DNA of 64,000 bases, taken from Paraspadella gotoi. Taxonomy: Eukaryota; Animalia; Chaetognatha. Numbering within the stretch: the first letter of the stretch is position 1; every line of letters starts with the position of its first letter. Of this stretch, positions 38,976-52,029 are shown one piece after another. Made by a program: the position numbers and the translations under genes. The notes under the pieces were generated by a model, which did no database searches, was not told the DNA's origin, and saw only the letters and a program-made list of their open reading frames with translations. The stretch is taken from contig CM119267.1 in NCBI GenBank assembly GCA_051294375.1, positions 5,879,992-5,943,991 on the forward strand, read 5' to 3'.

Positions 38976-39432
38976 CCATCTAGGCAAAAAGTATATCACA
39001 TTTTTAGTGAAGGATATCTACTCGAAAACTTAAAAAGATCGTTACTACAAGTAAAAAATCTTACAATTTTTTATAAAGTTATTTAGTTTTTTACCATTTT
39101 TTGTATACAGTTATTAATTTTTATTTTAAATTGAGTTAATCATTTTTAAAATTTTTTTTAATTTGAGAATGCTAACAGTACCGCACCTCTTTCTAGTTTA
39201 TAAAGGTCCCATTACAGCTTTCAGAAAAGACGAGCAATATCGGCGATAGGGCTAAAAAATTTTTCCCTGTCATACATTAATTCGCTGTACAAAAGCACGC
39301 CCAGATGAATACAAGTAGTAATCGATACCAAAAGAGGACATACTAAATATTATCTTAACTATATTTTATATATTTTTTATTTAATAAAAAAAACTTTTTA
39401 ACGATTATGTGATATACTTTTTGCCTAGATGG
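38976..39432. mobile_element. MITE with 26-bp perfect TIRs and TA target duplication (Tc1/mariner superfamily-like)
   Basis: CCATCTAGGCAAAAAGTATATCACAT (38976-39001) and its exact reverse complement (39407-39432), flanked by TA on both sides, with an AT-rich non-coding interior. Confidence 0.82.
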
Positions 39433-39646
39433 TAATACATAATCTCGCCTAAGCCTTGGCCAAGGCCAATACTGCCGACATAATTGTATGATTGTAATAC
39501 GTAAAGGCAAACAGCGAACCCAATTTAAAAAATGTAGGGACTTTAAAGTTAATTTGTTATACAAAATTGAGAAAAATTTATCTATATTTAACTATTTGAC
39601 GGACAACTGCCAAAAATGAAGAGTCAACGTTCAACAATTCTTTTTT

Positions 39647-42287
39647 TTAATACGAGGAAAGCGGTCCAAATCGTCGCATGGGTATTTCAAGTAAAGAGTC
39701 GTCGTCGAAGGTTTCGACTTCGCTTGAACCTGCAACTTCGTCTTTTTTTACGACCGAAGAGAAACAGGATTCGGACGAGGAAAACATAGTTAGCAAAGAT
39801 CCGCGACCGGCACTGCGACCGCCACCGCGACTGCCAGGGCAACCAGTCAGCGGCCCGGAGCCTCGACTGGCACTTGAACCTGGACGGGGACTTTCACCAC
39901 GAACAGAACCACGACCAGCACCTAGAGGAGAGGCTAAGCGCGGGCCAGAGGGGAGATCTAAAGAATCTCTCAGCGTCGATGCATGGCCGAGTTGGGACGA
40001 GGGCGAGGCCGATCCGAGGCCAAAGGGATCGCCCAGAGTAGAGAATGTTTCGGGTTGGACGACGGAACCGGATAAATGCGTCCACCGATTTAAATCCGTA
40101 TTATCATCAACATCTACTCCTCGATTCGACGAAAGAAGCGGTGGACTAGAGGGTGATAATCTTGATAATTTCGCGCCACGAGAAGGAGAGACGGGTGGGC
40201 GAGAGACGGCGAAAGATTTATGAGGCGGTGTTTGAGTGAAAGAGTTTTGATCATTCGCAATTTCCCCGGTTTCGGGGATCCGCTCAGAGATTTCGGCTAT
40301 TTCTTTTTCTCCCCCGCATTCTCGGGGAAACGAGTCGCGACGTCGCAATAAAAGCGAATGAGGCACAGGCTTTGGGGGACCCCGATTTTCGAAGCCTCCG
40401 TGAGGGATCGAGTGATGACTGTTGACGAATGAGCGATGGGAGTGCTCCTGTCGTAAGCTCGTCCACATGCCGTTGGAGTCAACGTCCTTCTCGATAAGCT
40501 CTCGTCGTCTCCGTCTCTCGATAGTAGTTTCTTGTAAAGTGAACTTTTTTCGAGAGAGACGTTCAAAGGTCTGAGGAACACGCTCAGGAAACTAAAAAAA
40601 AATCATACATATCGATCGTCAGATTCGAAAGAACATCAAATAAACCGCGCAAAAGATACGTACTTGAACTTTAAGATTCCATTTTTCATCATAGGATTCG
40701 TCCCTGAGCTCGGAGAGGCAAAAATCGGATGCTCGATGAACGGATGTGAGAATCCTCTCGATCATGTGTTGACGCAACCGCGTCAGGTACATCACGTCCC
40801 TCACCAACACCTCCAACACCTTAAAGTCAGGCGGCCGCTCTAGAAAAACCTTGTCAAAGTGAAAAGTCGTTTCATTTTGTATTTTTACTAATTTTTTTTT
40901 TTTACAATTAAATTTTAAACTCATTTCGGATTTAAAACTCAAATAATTAAAATTTTTAAATGATCAAAATTTCACGAATAAAACATTACCCGTTCGTCCA
41001 GTGAAGGATCTCGATTTCGGACGTAGCTAAAATTGATGGCTTCCTTAGTAATCTTCAGATTTTGACGGTAATCCATCAAGATTGAACTTAAACGTCTCCC
41101 ATATAGAGACCAATAGCCTGGAGACAGATTTCATGAAAATTAAATTATCAAAAAAACGAAGACATTTAATAAAACTCTCACCGAAATTTTCGTCCCCTTC
41201 GATCTTACAGTCGGCGGCGAAAACATCGAAGACGTTGCTTAACTTCACCTTAAATTTTCGCAATAAGACGTCGGAAGGATGTCGACAGTCGTGCACCACT
41301 TTAATGACCTCCAACGATTCAAATAAAGTTTTTAATCCTAAAATTAATTAATAACAATTTTACAATTATTTCGAAAAGGTCTCGCAATCTGTTTTTTTTT
41401 TTACCGTACTCGTACCAACCTTTAAGAAAACCGTCGTGGCCCAGAGAGAGTATGTCAAAGAGAAAGACTGTTCGATCATTGGCTACTTGAATCCACCCCA
41501 ACTTTGCTTCTTGATTAAATGGAGAATCGCCAAAACCTTTTCCTCCAAAACCGACACCGACGACATTCGTCTCGAGGAGATCAGCAACGATCCTATGAAA
41601 GGATTCGTCCACGCGATCGACGATGAAATAGTCCGTGGGAAATCGCTGCGCAGGAAATCTAGGCGGCGAAGGCGAACAATGATTCCCCAAGGGAGAGTCG
41701 ATTGGTAAAGGCGGACAAACTGGCATCGGAGAGCGAAGCGTGTCGTCGGCCGGAATTCCGTCGAGCTCGTTGTGGCCATCGGCGATTGAGCAGTCGTCCG
41801 ATCCACGATCGTGGCTTGGAACGGGTCGCGAGTGAGAGACCTCTAGAAAATCGTCCGACGGTTCTACAGAGTCCGCGACATTATCTGAGCCTTCGGAATT
41901 CCCCTTCGGAGTGTCGTCTTTGACCGCTTTTCCCCCGAGACAAACGGTCTTTAAGTCCAACTCGACTTCCAACCGATGCAAATGCGTTGATCGTTCAAAC
42001 TTCGATTTGCGCTGCGTCAGCCCCGACGCTTCTAAGAGGGAGAGGCGGCGAATCTCCTCACCCCGAAACTCTAGCGGGGCAAAGGAGGGTTGAGATCCGG
42101 GCTCCGGCACGATCTCGCCCGAAATCGAGTCACGAAGGACGCTCTGAGCGCCGTTGATGAGGAGGCGCGTTTCGGGCGTCACGCTACCACCGACATAACC
42201 TTCCAGTCCGAGCACCTCGCCCCTAAGAAGCCCTTCATCCCTGGATTCCAACAAGACGAGTTTTCCATCGAAAGGGGAGACCGCCAT
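39647..42287 (-). CDS. EXD1: piRNA-biogenesis protein EXD1-like (3'-5' exonuclease-fold pseudonuclease), 5 exons
   Basis: Exonuclease-fold motifs LGWIQVANDRTVFLFDILSLG, KVVHDCRHPSDVL, LSNVFDVFAAD, ERPP...DVMYL. The first acidic catalytic motif is replaced (VVGVGFGG). There is a short N-terminal beta-rich segment ending FRGEEIRRLSLLE and a low-complexity C-terminus. Confidence 0.72.
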
Positions 42288-42718
42288 ACGGATGAAAAGC
42301 AGGAAAACAAATTCGATTTTTTTTAAAGCAAATCCATAAAATCTGTAAAGTTGTAAACCTTGCGAAAATGAATCTTTTTTTTTTATAAGCGTCAAAGTGA
42401 AAAAAAAACTAATTTTTAAAAAAATTTTTCTATACGTATATTTTATATATTGAGCGCTAAGATCACAACTAAGTGCCCGACCCCGTCTTTTCAAGGAAAA
42501 AAAAAGAAAATCAATGAATGAATCATAATTAGTAGTACTGTCAATCAAAAATGGCTGATTGAGGACTAGATTGAGAGAGAGAATGGCACAGACACCGTGA
42601 AATGACCTGTAAACGAGAATTTCACAGTTTTTTCCCCACACATTAACAGTTTTAAGGCTTGAGTTCACCGATCACAAAAAAGAAAGCCGCGCGCGCATGA
42701 TTATTACGATTATCATCA

Positions 42719-45700
42719 TTAGCAGAGGGAATCGTCTAGCGTGATGTCTCCGATGCCGTTGGCGACGTGCGTCACGTCCAGTACGACGCCTTCGGGACTG
42801 ACGGCCCCGCCATTTCGACCGCGAATTCGCGTTCCTGGTTTCGGAGGAGTCAACAAGTCGTGAAACTCGATCAAAGCTTCGGACAGAGCGGAAGCGAGTG
42901 TTGCGGAGCCGGAACCGATGCAATTCACCAGCGCGGGGTAGAGCCCGATAACCTAAATAAGCGTTTGGGAAAAGGATTTAACGATTCACAAAAAAAAAAA
43001 AAATTAAATAAAAAATCGAGTAAATAACTCGAACGAAGCACGCCCACCTGTCTCCAAGTCTGCTCGTGGACGGACCCGATGTCGCTGGATTTTAGGGTCG
43101 CTACCAGCAGAGTGACCGCCTTCAGAACCGACGTCAACTCTGCGATTCTGTGGCGGGGTAGCGGACAGTTGCCGCTCAACTGTTCATCACGAACATAGAG
43201 GGTTAACACCTAGCAACACGTGTCAACGAATCAGAGCAGCTATAAACTAAAGCCAAGTTGAACTGAAAGAATAATATGTCTAATAAAAAATTTCGAGTAG
43301 GGGCGAGGAATAAAGGCGTTCTTTCGTCCCGACTCGAAACTTTTCCGCGCACCATAACTGAAACGTTCAAATTAAAAGCAGGAAAACAACTTCTCACCTG
43401 ATGACATCTTTGCAAAAGACTCTCTACCGCCAACCTACTGACGTCCCCCTCCTTAGCGTTGTTGTTGTTCGGGTTGTCGTTTCGTTCCTCGTCGGGGTTC
43501 GCGAAGGAATACTGTAGCAGGGTTTGAAAGCAAGCTTTGGCAAAGTCCTCTCTCAGCTTGCGACTCGAGTCCGGATCGACGAAAGCGCTGGCGGCCGCTT
43601 CGATGTGAATGCTCCCGCTGTTCAACAGCTTCATCACTTCAGCGTCGAAGGTTGGCGGAGGTGGGGAAATGGCCGAGCTCGTCGTCGATGACGATAGAGA
43701 GAGAATCTTGTCTCGAAGGAGATAAACGAGGCGAACGTCGAATTGCTCGTCGTTGCGATGATCCTCCAGAGTCAACGACGCCGGCGCCGCAGAAGGAGAG
43801 AACCAAAACTCGCCCAGCGCGGCGGCGAGTTCCATCCAAAACGAGTCCGCCACGCCGCCACCGCCTCCGGTTCCGTCATTCTTGGATCGAGTGGCGATGG
43901 GCAACGTCGCCTCGACGACGTGAATCAAGGATTCGACGGCCAACTTCCAAGTCGACGTCGAGGGGCAGTCGTACTTAAGGGCGAGAGGTGTGCGCAACAC
44001 CGACACGAAGGAAGTGGCAACGCCCGCCTCGACGACGCAAGGACGAGGGGATGTTGCGACGTAAAAGGCTTTGGCGCTACGCAGAGCGCGTTCGGCGAAC
44101 ACGACGTAGTTCATGGCGACCCAATCGGCGGTCATCACCGTCTTTGGTCGCAGCGCCGTCGAGGGGTGAACCTCCATTGAACCGAAGCGCGGCGGCGATA
44201 CCGAGTACGAGGAGAAGGCGAGGAGGAGGTTGGCAAAGGTCGGCGCCATCGCCTCAATGTCTTGGTGGGTCCCGGAGAGAATCTCTTCCTTAAGACTTTC
44301 CGTGCAGAGCAACACCTTTTCCTGCAAATAGATGGTTTTAAATAGTAGGGATTTACTATTTCTAATTAGATAAGCACTGATAGAAAAAATATTAGAATTA
44401 AAAAATATTATCACCTGCAACGGAGTGAGACACAATTCTGAAAACGAGGGAACTAGAAACGGGGTGGCGTCTCCTTGAACGGGCACCGACAACGAGCCCT
44501 TCAATACGCGCGACAAACGGTCCAGATCATCGGCGTTAAATGTCGACTTAATGTGCGAGAATAAGACGGGAAAAACATTCATCAGCGCCGTGAGGAAAGG
44601 TTGTGAAGGAACATAAACGGACTTGGAGGCTGGGGTGCCTAGAGCGGCGGTGGCGGGAGAAGAAGTCGAAGGGCTCGACTCTGACGACGCCTTCCCTGAG
44701 TCCGCGTCGTTGCTCCGCGGCGTTGTGGCGCTCAGGCCGATGCTCGTCCACACATTCCACACATGATCCCAGAGCTCCTTGTCGACGACGAGACCCGAGG
44801 GAGCCTCGCTCGGCGACGCCTCGACGAAACGTCCCGCAGTCTTCTTCGACGACTTGAATCCCTCTTCCGGCACGATATTAAGTATTTCCTGAAGGCTCTC
44901 AAGCGCCGCAAGCGACACCTCAACGTCAGGACTAAGCGCCGACGTCTCCACGAAATCCAGGAGGCGACGCCAGGCGTCGAGGAAAGACCTGACCCCGTCG
45001 GATCTTACGTCGCCCACTCCTTCTTCGTCGCTCCGCTTTTTCAGACTTTCTTCCAGGACATTTCTTTTGGTGCTAAAGACGCGACCAACGCCGGTAAGGG
45101 TGAGGACTTGTGTCTCGGACCACTGCTTCTTGGCCGTATCTCGCGAGTGGTGGATCAAGATGTTACCCACCTCCGCTTTTTCTGTGGACGCGCTCATCGA
45201 CATGGAACGAACCCGTTCCAGCATCGGGAATAGAACGTGCCACAAGACGCTGCGCCACGACTGGCTCTGCAAAAGGTCACCGTGCGTGGATATCGTCGAG
45301 AAAAGAGTCTGCCCGGCACTTTTTCTGACGGCGGGACGATCGTCGGTGCAGAGATCGCCCAATCTCTCGTAGATGACGAGCCAAAGGGCATCCAAAGGAG
45401 GGAGACGAAGTTTCCCGTCATCGGAGTCACTCTCGACGACCATCTCCGTCTCCAGTTGTTTTCGGATAAAGTCTTGTCGTTGACTGATGAAGTCTGAAAT
45501 GTTCCACATCAGCCCAACAGATGTCAGACTTATGTTCACGTCCTGCGTCTGTAGGCCATATTTCGCAGTGACTTGAACCGAAATTCGGAGACATCTTTTG
45601 GGCATTGTGGGCAGAAAATCTGTAACAACCAACTGCAAGCCTTGAAATCCGGACCGAATGAGGTTCGATTGAGGTGACGATTCGGAAGAAGTCGGCGACG

Positions 45701-48700
45701 CCGCCGGAACTTGCGTCGCGGCGCCGAGAACGCCTAGAACGAGTGGCCAACCATCGCCGAGGGTGTCTCCCTTGGAATTGAGGATCTGAAGTACGCAGTC
45801 CAATTGCTTCTGGCGGGAATCGAAAAAGTTAATGGAACTCATATCTTCGAGAGGCTGCAAAATCAGCGCCTGCAATTCTGGGTTCTGAGTCAAAGGCTTC
45901 GGCAAGTGTTCGTGGGTGAGCGCTGCACGGATTAAGGTGGTCAAAGCTTCGGCGCCCCATTCACGGATTTTTGTCTGCGGATGACGGCTAACTTCTAGGA
46001 GATGATCTGTGACGGGTTTGTAAAAAACTGTGAGGCGGTTAAGGTTTACCAACCCGGTTTCTAAGATTTTGGCAATGGGAAACAAAGACGGCTCTCTGTT
46101 TGAGTAGGCCACTTCCGAGGCTTCCGACGAAAGTTTCCCGAGAGCCTGAATTAGATGCTGCAGGGATTCGTCATCTAATAAATTCGAGCTCTCGAACAAT
46201 CGACTCAGCATCGAGGAGAGAACGGGCAAATCTTGCATGACGGCGTTGGTGAGCACCGTGTTTGAATTGTCGTTCAGTCTCGTACCCGTGGCCTTGAGCG
46301 ACCCGCCGCCTCCGCCAACTGGCTTTAAACCCAGGATCCACACTAGGTGTTGGAGCGTGGTCAAGACCAAGTGCCAGCACCTGGTACCAAGAACGGCGCC
46401 GTGACAATGCGCCATATTCAAGAGTCCCCGCATGCATTGGAGGTTTTTGGCCGTAAGCATGACCGGTCCAGAAGTAGCGGCCGAGGATGAGGACTGATAA
46501 GGAGTTGGCAATGGATTCCCGACGGCCACCACCTGTTGCGTCCTCGGGTCTCCCTCGCTAAGAAGCGCCGATTCGTCGACGGCGTTGGCGCCGGTGGTTG
46601 ACTGATTGGTGGTCGTGACCACCCCGATCTTAGCGCTGGCGGCACCGCCGCTGCCTCCGCTCATTCCGATCTCAAATCCCGACTCTGCGGGGCCGCCGCT
46701 GGGGCTCTTTCCCGACGAGGCTCCGGCGCAAGCCTGACTCAAAATCGTCAGGGCGTAGTGAGGGGGAAGCGAGGCTTTGCAAAGGGAAGTGACAAAGGCA
46801 TCGCGAGGAACGGTCAACTTTAAGCAGCCAGCCATTGAGGCGAAGATCTGCAATGCCTTGAGGATAGATTCGATGACGGTCTCTTCTGTGGATGCGTCCA
46901 AGAGAAACGAGAGCGCGGCCAAAAGTCCGCACCAGGAGGACTGAATCATTTCCTCGTGCATTTTGACCACGTCGACGTCTCCCAGCAACGAAGGCGGGGA
47001 CCTCGGCAGCTTTCTTCTGCCGCCAAGACCCTCACCTCGGGTGTCGCGATTCTCGTTGTTACCTTGGATGGTGAGATGAAGAGTGTTTACCACATCTAAA
47101 AGGCAGGCATAGGCGACGGCAATTCCGTAGCCATCCATCACTCCCGGGTTCTCCGTCTTGTCCATCATCTCGAGATAAACAGCTTTCGTAGATCCCGGGG
47201 TGAACGTCACACAGATGGGCATAATTATTCCGCGGTAGGCGAAGGAGCCTTGTCCGGTGATGGGGTTTCCGTTAGGGCCGCCATTGGCGTTATCAACGCC
47301 TCCCGTTTTGCTCGAGGCGGAGGGGCCGGGGCTGGAGGAAGTCGGCGTCACGAATAGCGATTGAATGAAGGTGCCGATGGCGTTGACGATATCGCGGAAG
47401 ATCTTCGTTGAATGCTGCTTCATGTCGTAGCACTCGACAAACGACTGGACCAAGAGCGGCTGGACGCAGAGTTTGTGAAGAACTTCGATGGCGAGAGCGC
47501 GTTGCCACATGGGCTTGTCGCCGTCCAAAAACTTGACGAGGAGTGAGAGAAAGATCTCGCACTCGGTGATGAGGAGAGAGTAGTAAGTCTTGATCAAAAC
47601 GGCAACGATGCGAAGGAGACGCATGACGATGGGAAAATAAGGCTTGTCTTGGTTGGAGCCGGTGTCTGGAGGGAAACAAAGGTTCATTAGCCAGTAGCTT
47701 AATGTTGTAATATATTTCAAATTCAGGAATTTTAAAAATATATCACTTTTCCAAAAATATACCAATATTTATGTACTCTTAAAAGGTATTTAATTATTTA
47801 ATCAAAATCAATTTTTTTATTACGTACTAGGACTGATGGAGAGTCCCGCGCGATACTTGATTGAAGGCGAAAACAATTTGATGACCAGGGGACAGACACG
47901 TTCTTTGAGCAGGAAGCGGAACTCTTCATGACCAAGTATCACATCCGGGTAGTCGGCCAAAACGGATTCCATGAGCTCCAGGCCGAAGGTCCGAGTCATC
48001 TCCGTCATCCCAAGAAGCCAAAATGGCTGATCCGCGTTCACTAATTGGCAAAGATCCTGACAAAAAGGGAGATAAAATGAAAAAAAAAATTAGCATAAAA
48101 CTATAAATATATATATATATAAATTTAAGTAGATATAACTATAACTAAGTATACAATATTAAACTAACTGATGGGTAGGTACATAATCTCTATCTCTCTA
48201 TGAGTAAAGTCAAAGGAAAAGTGCAAAAAATAGGCAAAAAAAGTATATTCTCTGAGAGAGAGCTCGCGAGCTGAAGTGGAACCCAAGACAGAGCTAAAAT
48301 CTCTCTCTTTGCTCCTTCTGTCGTCGCTCGATGAGGAGGAAGGGAAAGGGAGGAAAAGAGGCGGAAGAGGAAGAAGAAAAGGTGTCTCGAGCGAGAATGG
48401 GGAAGAGAAATGGGGAAATCCAGTGAAATATACTCATCCCTCCATCTGTTAAATCCAATGTAAAATATTAAATCTTTATCAATCTTTATTCAATACTTAA
48501 ATCCAACCATGATAATATGCAAATGAATTTTATGAACTTATATGTACCGAGCTCGAGAGAGAAAAAAAAATATCAAAAGAAAAAATTTTACCTGAAACAA
48601 AAGAAAGGCGTCTTGAGCACATGGATGCAGCGTGGGGGGAGGGTCCTTGCCCCCGAGTTTCAAATTCTCCATATCCGCGTCGGACATGAGTCGAGCCTCA

Positions 48701-49337
48701 ACGGTCGTGTTTTCAACGACGACCCTTTCGAAAACGACGCTGACAAGTTGACGAATGGTGGCCGCAGCCGTGTTCATCGTCGTCGGGTCCTTGGTGAAAT
48801 GAAGGCGGAAGCAGAGCACGAGGGCCTTGGCCATGTCCCCGTGCATTACGTCCTTGGAGGTGTTGAGCAGCAGCACGGCCGTTTGCAGCAGCTTCAGCTC
48901 CTCCAGTCCGGCCTCCATCAGCGACCAGAGAACGTTGATGATGATGGAGCTGCTCTCCTTGGAGACGGCGTTATGAGAAATGAGGCGCTGGACGCCGCTG
49001 AGGCAGATGGGGATGATCTTGGCGTGCTTGGTGTCGCAACCGAGGACGAAAGGTTGAATGAGGTCGGCCGACGCCGCAGTTACTGACGCGATCACATCCC
49101 CGGAGGCTGACTTCGAAGAGATCGTCCGTAGTCGAAGGATGCCGGCCTCCGCGGCTTCCTGAAAACGAGAAAATTCGGTTTTTAACTAATGGGAGCAATA
49201 TGGCGAAGACCCATACCAGGCGCCCGTCGTCCCACCTTGACTGGCGGGAATTTTCTCTTGGCTTCATTGGAGAGAGATCTCAAGTCGCCTTGGAGACTTT
49301 CAACGAACTTTTTCGAGGAGGAACTTTTGGAGGCCAT
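42719..49337 (-). CDS. MON2: Protein MON2 homolog (Arf-GEF-like scaffold), 7 exons
   Basis: [20 protein letters not shown]|[105 protein letters not shown]; GT-AG introns. Confidence 0.95.
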
Positions 49338-50162
49338 TGTTTGTCGTCGTCCGCGATTATCTTTTTCGTGTCATTCCGTCAAGATGTTTGTTCTTTGTTG
49401 CGCACAATCTAAATGTGCCCCGAAAAATCATTTAAAAATAAAATCAATTACTCAATTACGCACTGTAAAAATATATTAAATGGTTATAACAAAAATACTT
49501 TGATGTTTCCACTTATCGTCCTTAAAATCATTTCGCAATAAATGGACATGGACAATCTAAATATGACACAATGAAAAATAACGTGGCGTAACAGTCTCCT
49601 GCTGATTTTGTCCCTTTTAAAGTTGTTTCTGACTCCAATTAATTGGTTGATACTTTTGCTTATGCATGCGTTTTGCACTACTGGATATTACTGCATCTGA
49701 CCTTAACCTTTGACCATCAACAAAAAAGACAACTGGATGAAAAAAGGAAAAAAAGATGAAGCAATATAGCTAAAACGCTTACAAAATTTCAGACCATTCA
49801 GGAGTATTAATGTTATAAAAACGAAACTATAATGAATACTTAATAGTTAACTGAAACCAAGATGGATATTTTTACCCATAGTTTACTCAATTTACATGAA
49901 TCATTAGCTTGTAATTAGTCAATAAATCTGAAAAACAATATGATAAATTCGTTTGCGATCATATTTAAATAACAAAATAATATTTTGTATTGATATTTTT
50001 GATATAAATACATAAAAATAAAACCTTTTACAAAATCAAACCAAATATCATAATATCGAAGAGTGAATTTGTTTTATGCCAGCAACTGTACGTACGTAGC
50101 AAAAACACCAACCGTCCAAAAATTAAAAAAGGAGCATAGGAGGCTATTAGTATCATCAATCC

Positions 50163-51700
50163 CTAAGATTTAGTTATTTCCTTGATGGCTTTGTCTTTGA
50201 ATCGATCCAAATTGATCGAGAAGCATTCCTCGTGCGTCCCAGTGAAGGAGAAGTCAAGAGTATCGATTTGAACCTCCAACTTTGCTCCGCACTTGAACTT
50301 GGTTTTTATATTCTAAAAAAAAAAACCGAATGATCTGACAAACTGCTTTACCGACTTCTAAAAAATAGCAGAAAATAATTTCTAAACCTACCTTGAGATT
50401 CATGCACTTCAAAGTGACGATGATCGTGTTCTGGTTGAAACTCTAAAAATTATATCTAACTCCAAGGAAAAAGGCTTTGGAATAGAACACGCCCAGACTG
50501 TTCCCTCTACTCTAATATGCAATTTTATTCGAATACAATAAGGTTGATTCAGTACAATCATCAACAAACAAACAGACTAAGTCTGTTGAAACGAAAAACA
50601 TAATAAAATAGAGAAAAATAAACTAAAACAGTTAATTAAATAAAATTAATTAATTCTTGTTGTAAAAAACGGAACAAGTTACTGAAGAACAGTATTTTTC
50701 ATTATGTAGATCTTTGAGATAAAGGTTTTCTTACGATTAATAAAAATTGTATATAGGTCGTGGTATCTGAACATACTCCTAAGTTCTCTTACACTTTCCC
50801 ATCGATTATATCCAAAAATCTTTCGGACATTTACAATTTTACAGCTACATTAAGTCTGTTCATATTACTTACGGAAAAGTTTTTAATTCACAGCCATAAA
50901 AGACAGCCGGAACACAGTATAATACAATTTCATCAATAATTCCTCTGAAGGCTTTAACAAGGCATTTATCAAACAGTTACTTGATCTAAAAAAATTCTTT
51001 GCTTGGCTAAAACAAGCCGTCTCTTTCACTACTAAGGTTGAACCCTAGATATAATAATAATAATATAATAGCGGAAGGAAGACACGACGTGGCAGTTGAA
51101 AAGCTCGGCATTGCCGAAGAAAGTCGGGCTGGCAGAAGAAAGTCCTTGTAAAGTAGAAAAAAAGGCTCGGCATTTGAAAAGGACGCAGTATAAGTTTCTA
51201 ACAATTCGGTGGAAGAAGAGGGCAACAATTGATGCGGAGGAGAATCAACCTCAGTGACAAGACTCTGCGGCTTGGGAACATTACAACGGAAAAAGGATCT
51301 CTCTGTTGGCAAGTCCCATAGCGATTCGGGCTTCCATGTAGAATGCCTTCTACCTTTAGAGATGGCAAAGAGATTTAGCTGCATACGAAGCGCAAAGGTG
51401 TACAAGCACAAAAGGAGACAGAGATTGAATAAGTTCAGCGTGAAACGGCGACGATTCAATCAGAACTCGGGTTCAGTATTCCTCCTCTAGAGCTTTGAAA
51501 ACAGCGTCGGGGTCCATCAATTATTCTGAAGGAATTTTTAGGAAAACCTGAAGATCATTGTCCGCTTCATCGCAGGTTGGTCTGCGGCTCTCATCTTGAT
51601 CGGCGCCGAAACGGAATCCATCGGAAAGAAATCGGTCCCTGGCCTCTGGCATCGCCTTCCAAGACCTTCCTTCGTCATGATCAGAACTCGGGAATAACAT
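50163..51700 (-). CDS. Tentative orphan gene, 4 phase-0 exons, ~160 aa
   Basis: Exons 51700-51548, 51378-51250, 50442-50392 and 50312-50163 have GT/AG boundaries, lengths divisible by 3 and join without stops. No recognisable family. Confidence 0.35.
50720..50980 (-). mobile_element. Degenerate non-LTR retrotransposon (LINE) ORF2 C-terminal fragment
   Basis: Frameshifted minus-strand peptides YCVPAVFYGCE (50887-50919), MNRLNVAV and VRKIFGYNRWESVRELRSMF (~50770-50829) resemble the post-RT region of LINE ORF2 proteins. Recognised from memory. Confidence 0.55.
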
Positions 51701-52029
51701 AAAAGCTTCGGAGCACACACTCCAAGCCGATTCCAGCAAATCCTCAACTTTTAAGTTGCAGTAACTTGGGAACGCCCAACCCAGTTTCTTTTCATATTTT
51801 GAAAATAGGTACAAATAAAACTCTAAAAAATGTATAATCATAGTTCAAAAACAAACCAAGCACCACTACATAAACCACTTTTATCTAAACATATCATGTT
51901 AAATTATATTCCCTTACTGACATAAGCGAAAAAAAGAACTACGTAATAACTAGTGATTACCGCAAAAATATAAAATAGTAACAAAAAGTCACAGCCCTAA
52001 TTTTTCACTTTTTTTAATTTGAGCAATTA

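Noticed and set aside
48240-48420. Purine-rich, higher-GC island in a MON2 intron
   Set aside because: No ORF, terminal repeats or second copy in the window; cannot be classified.
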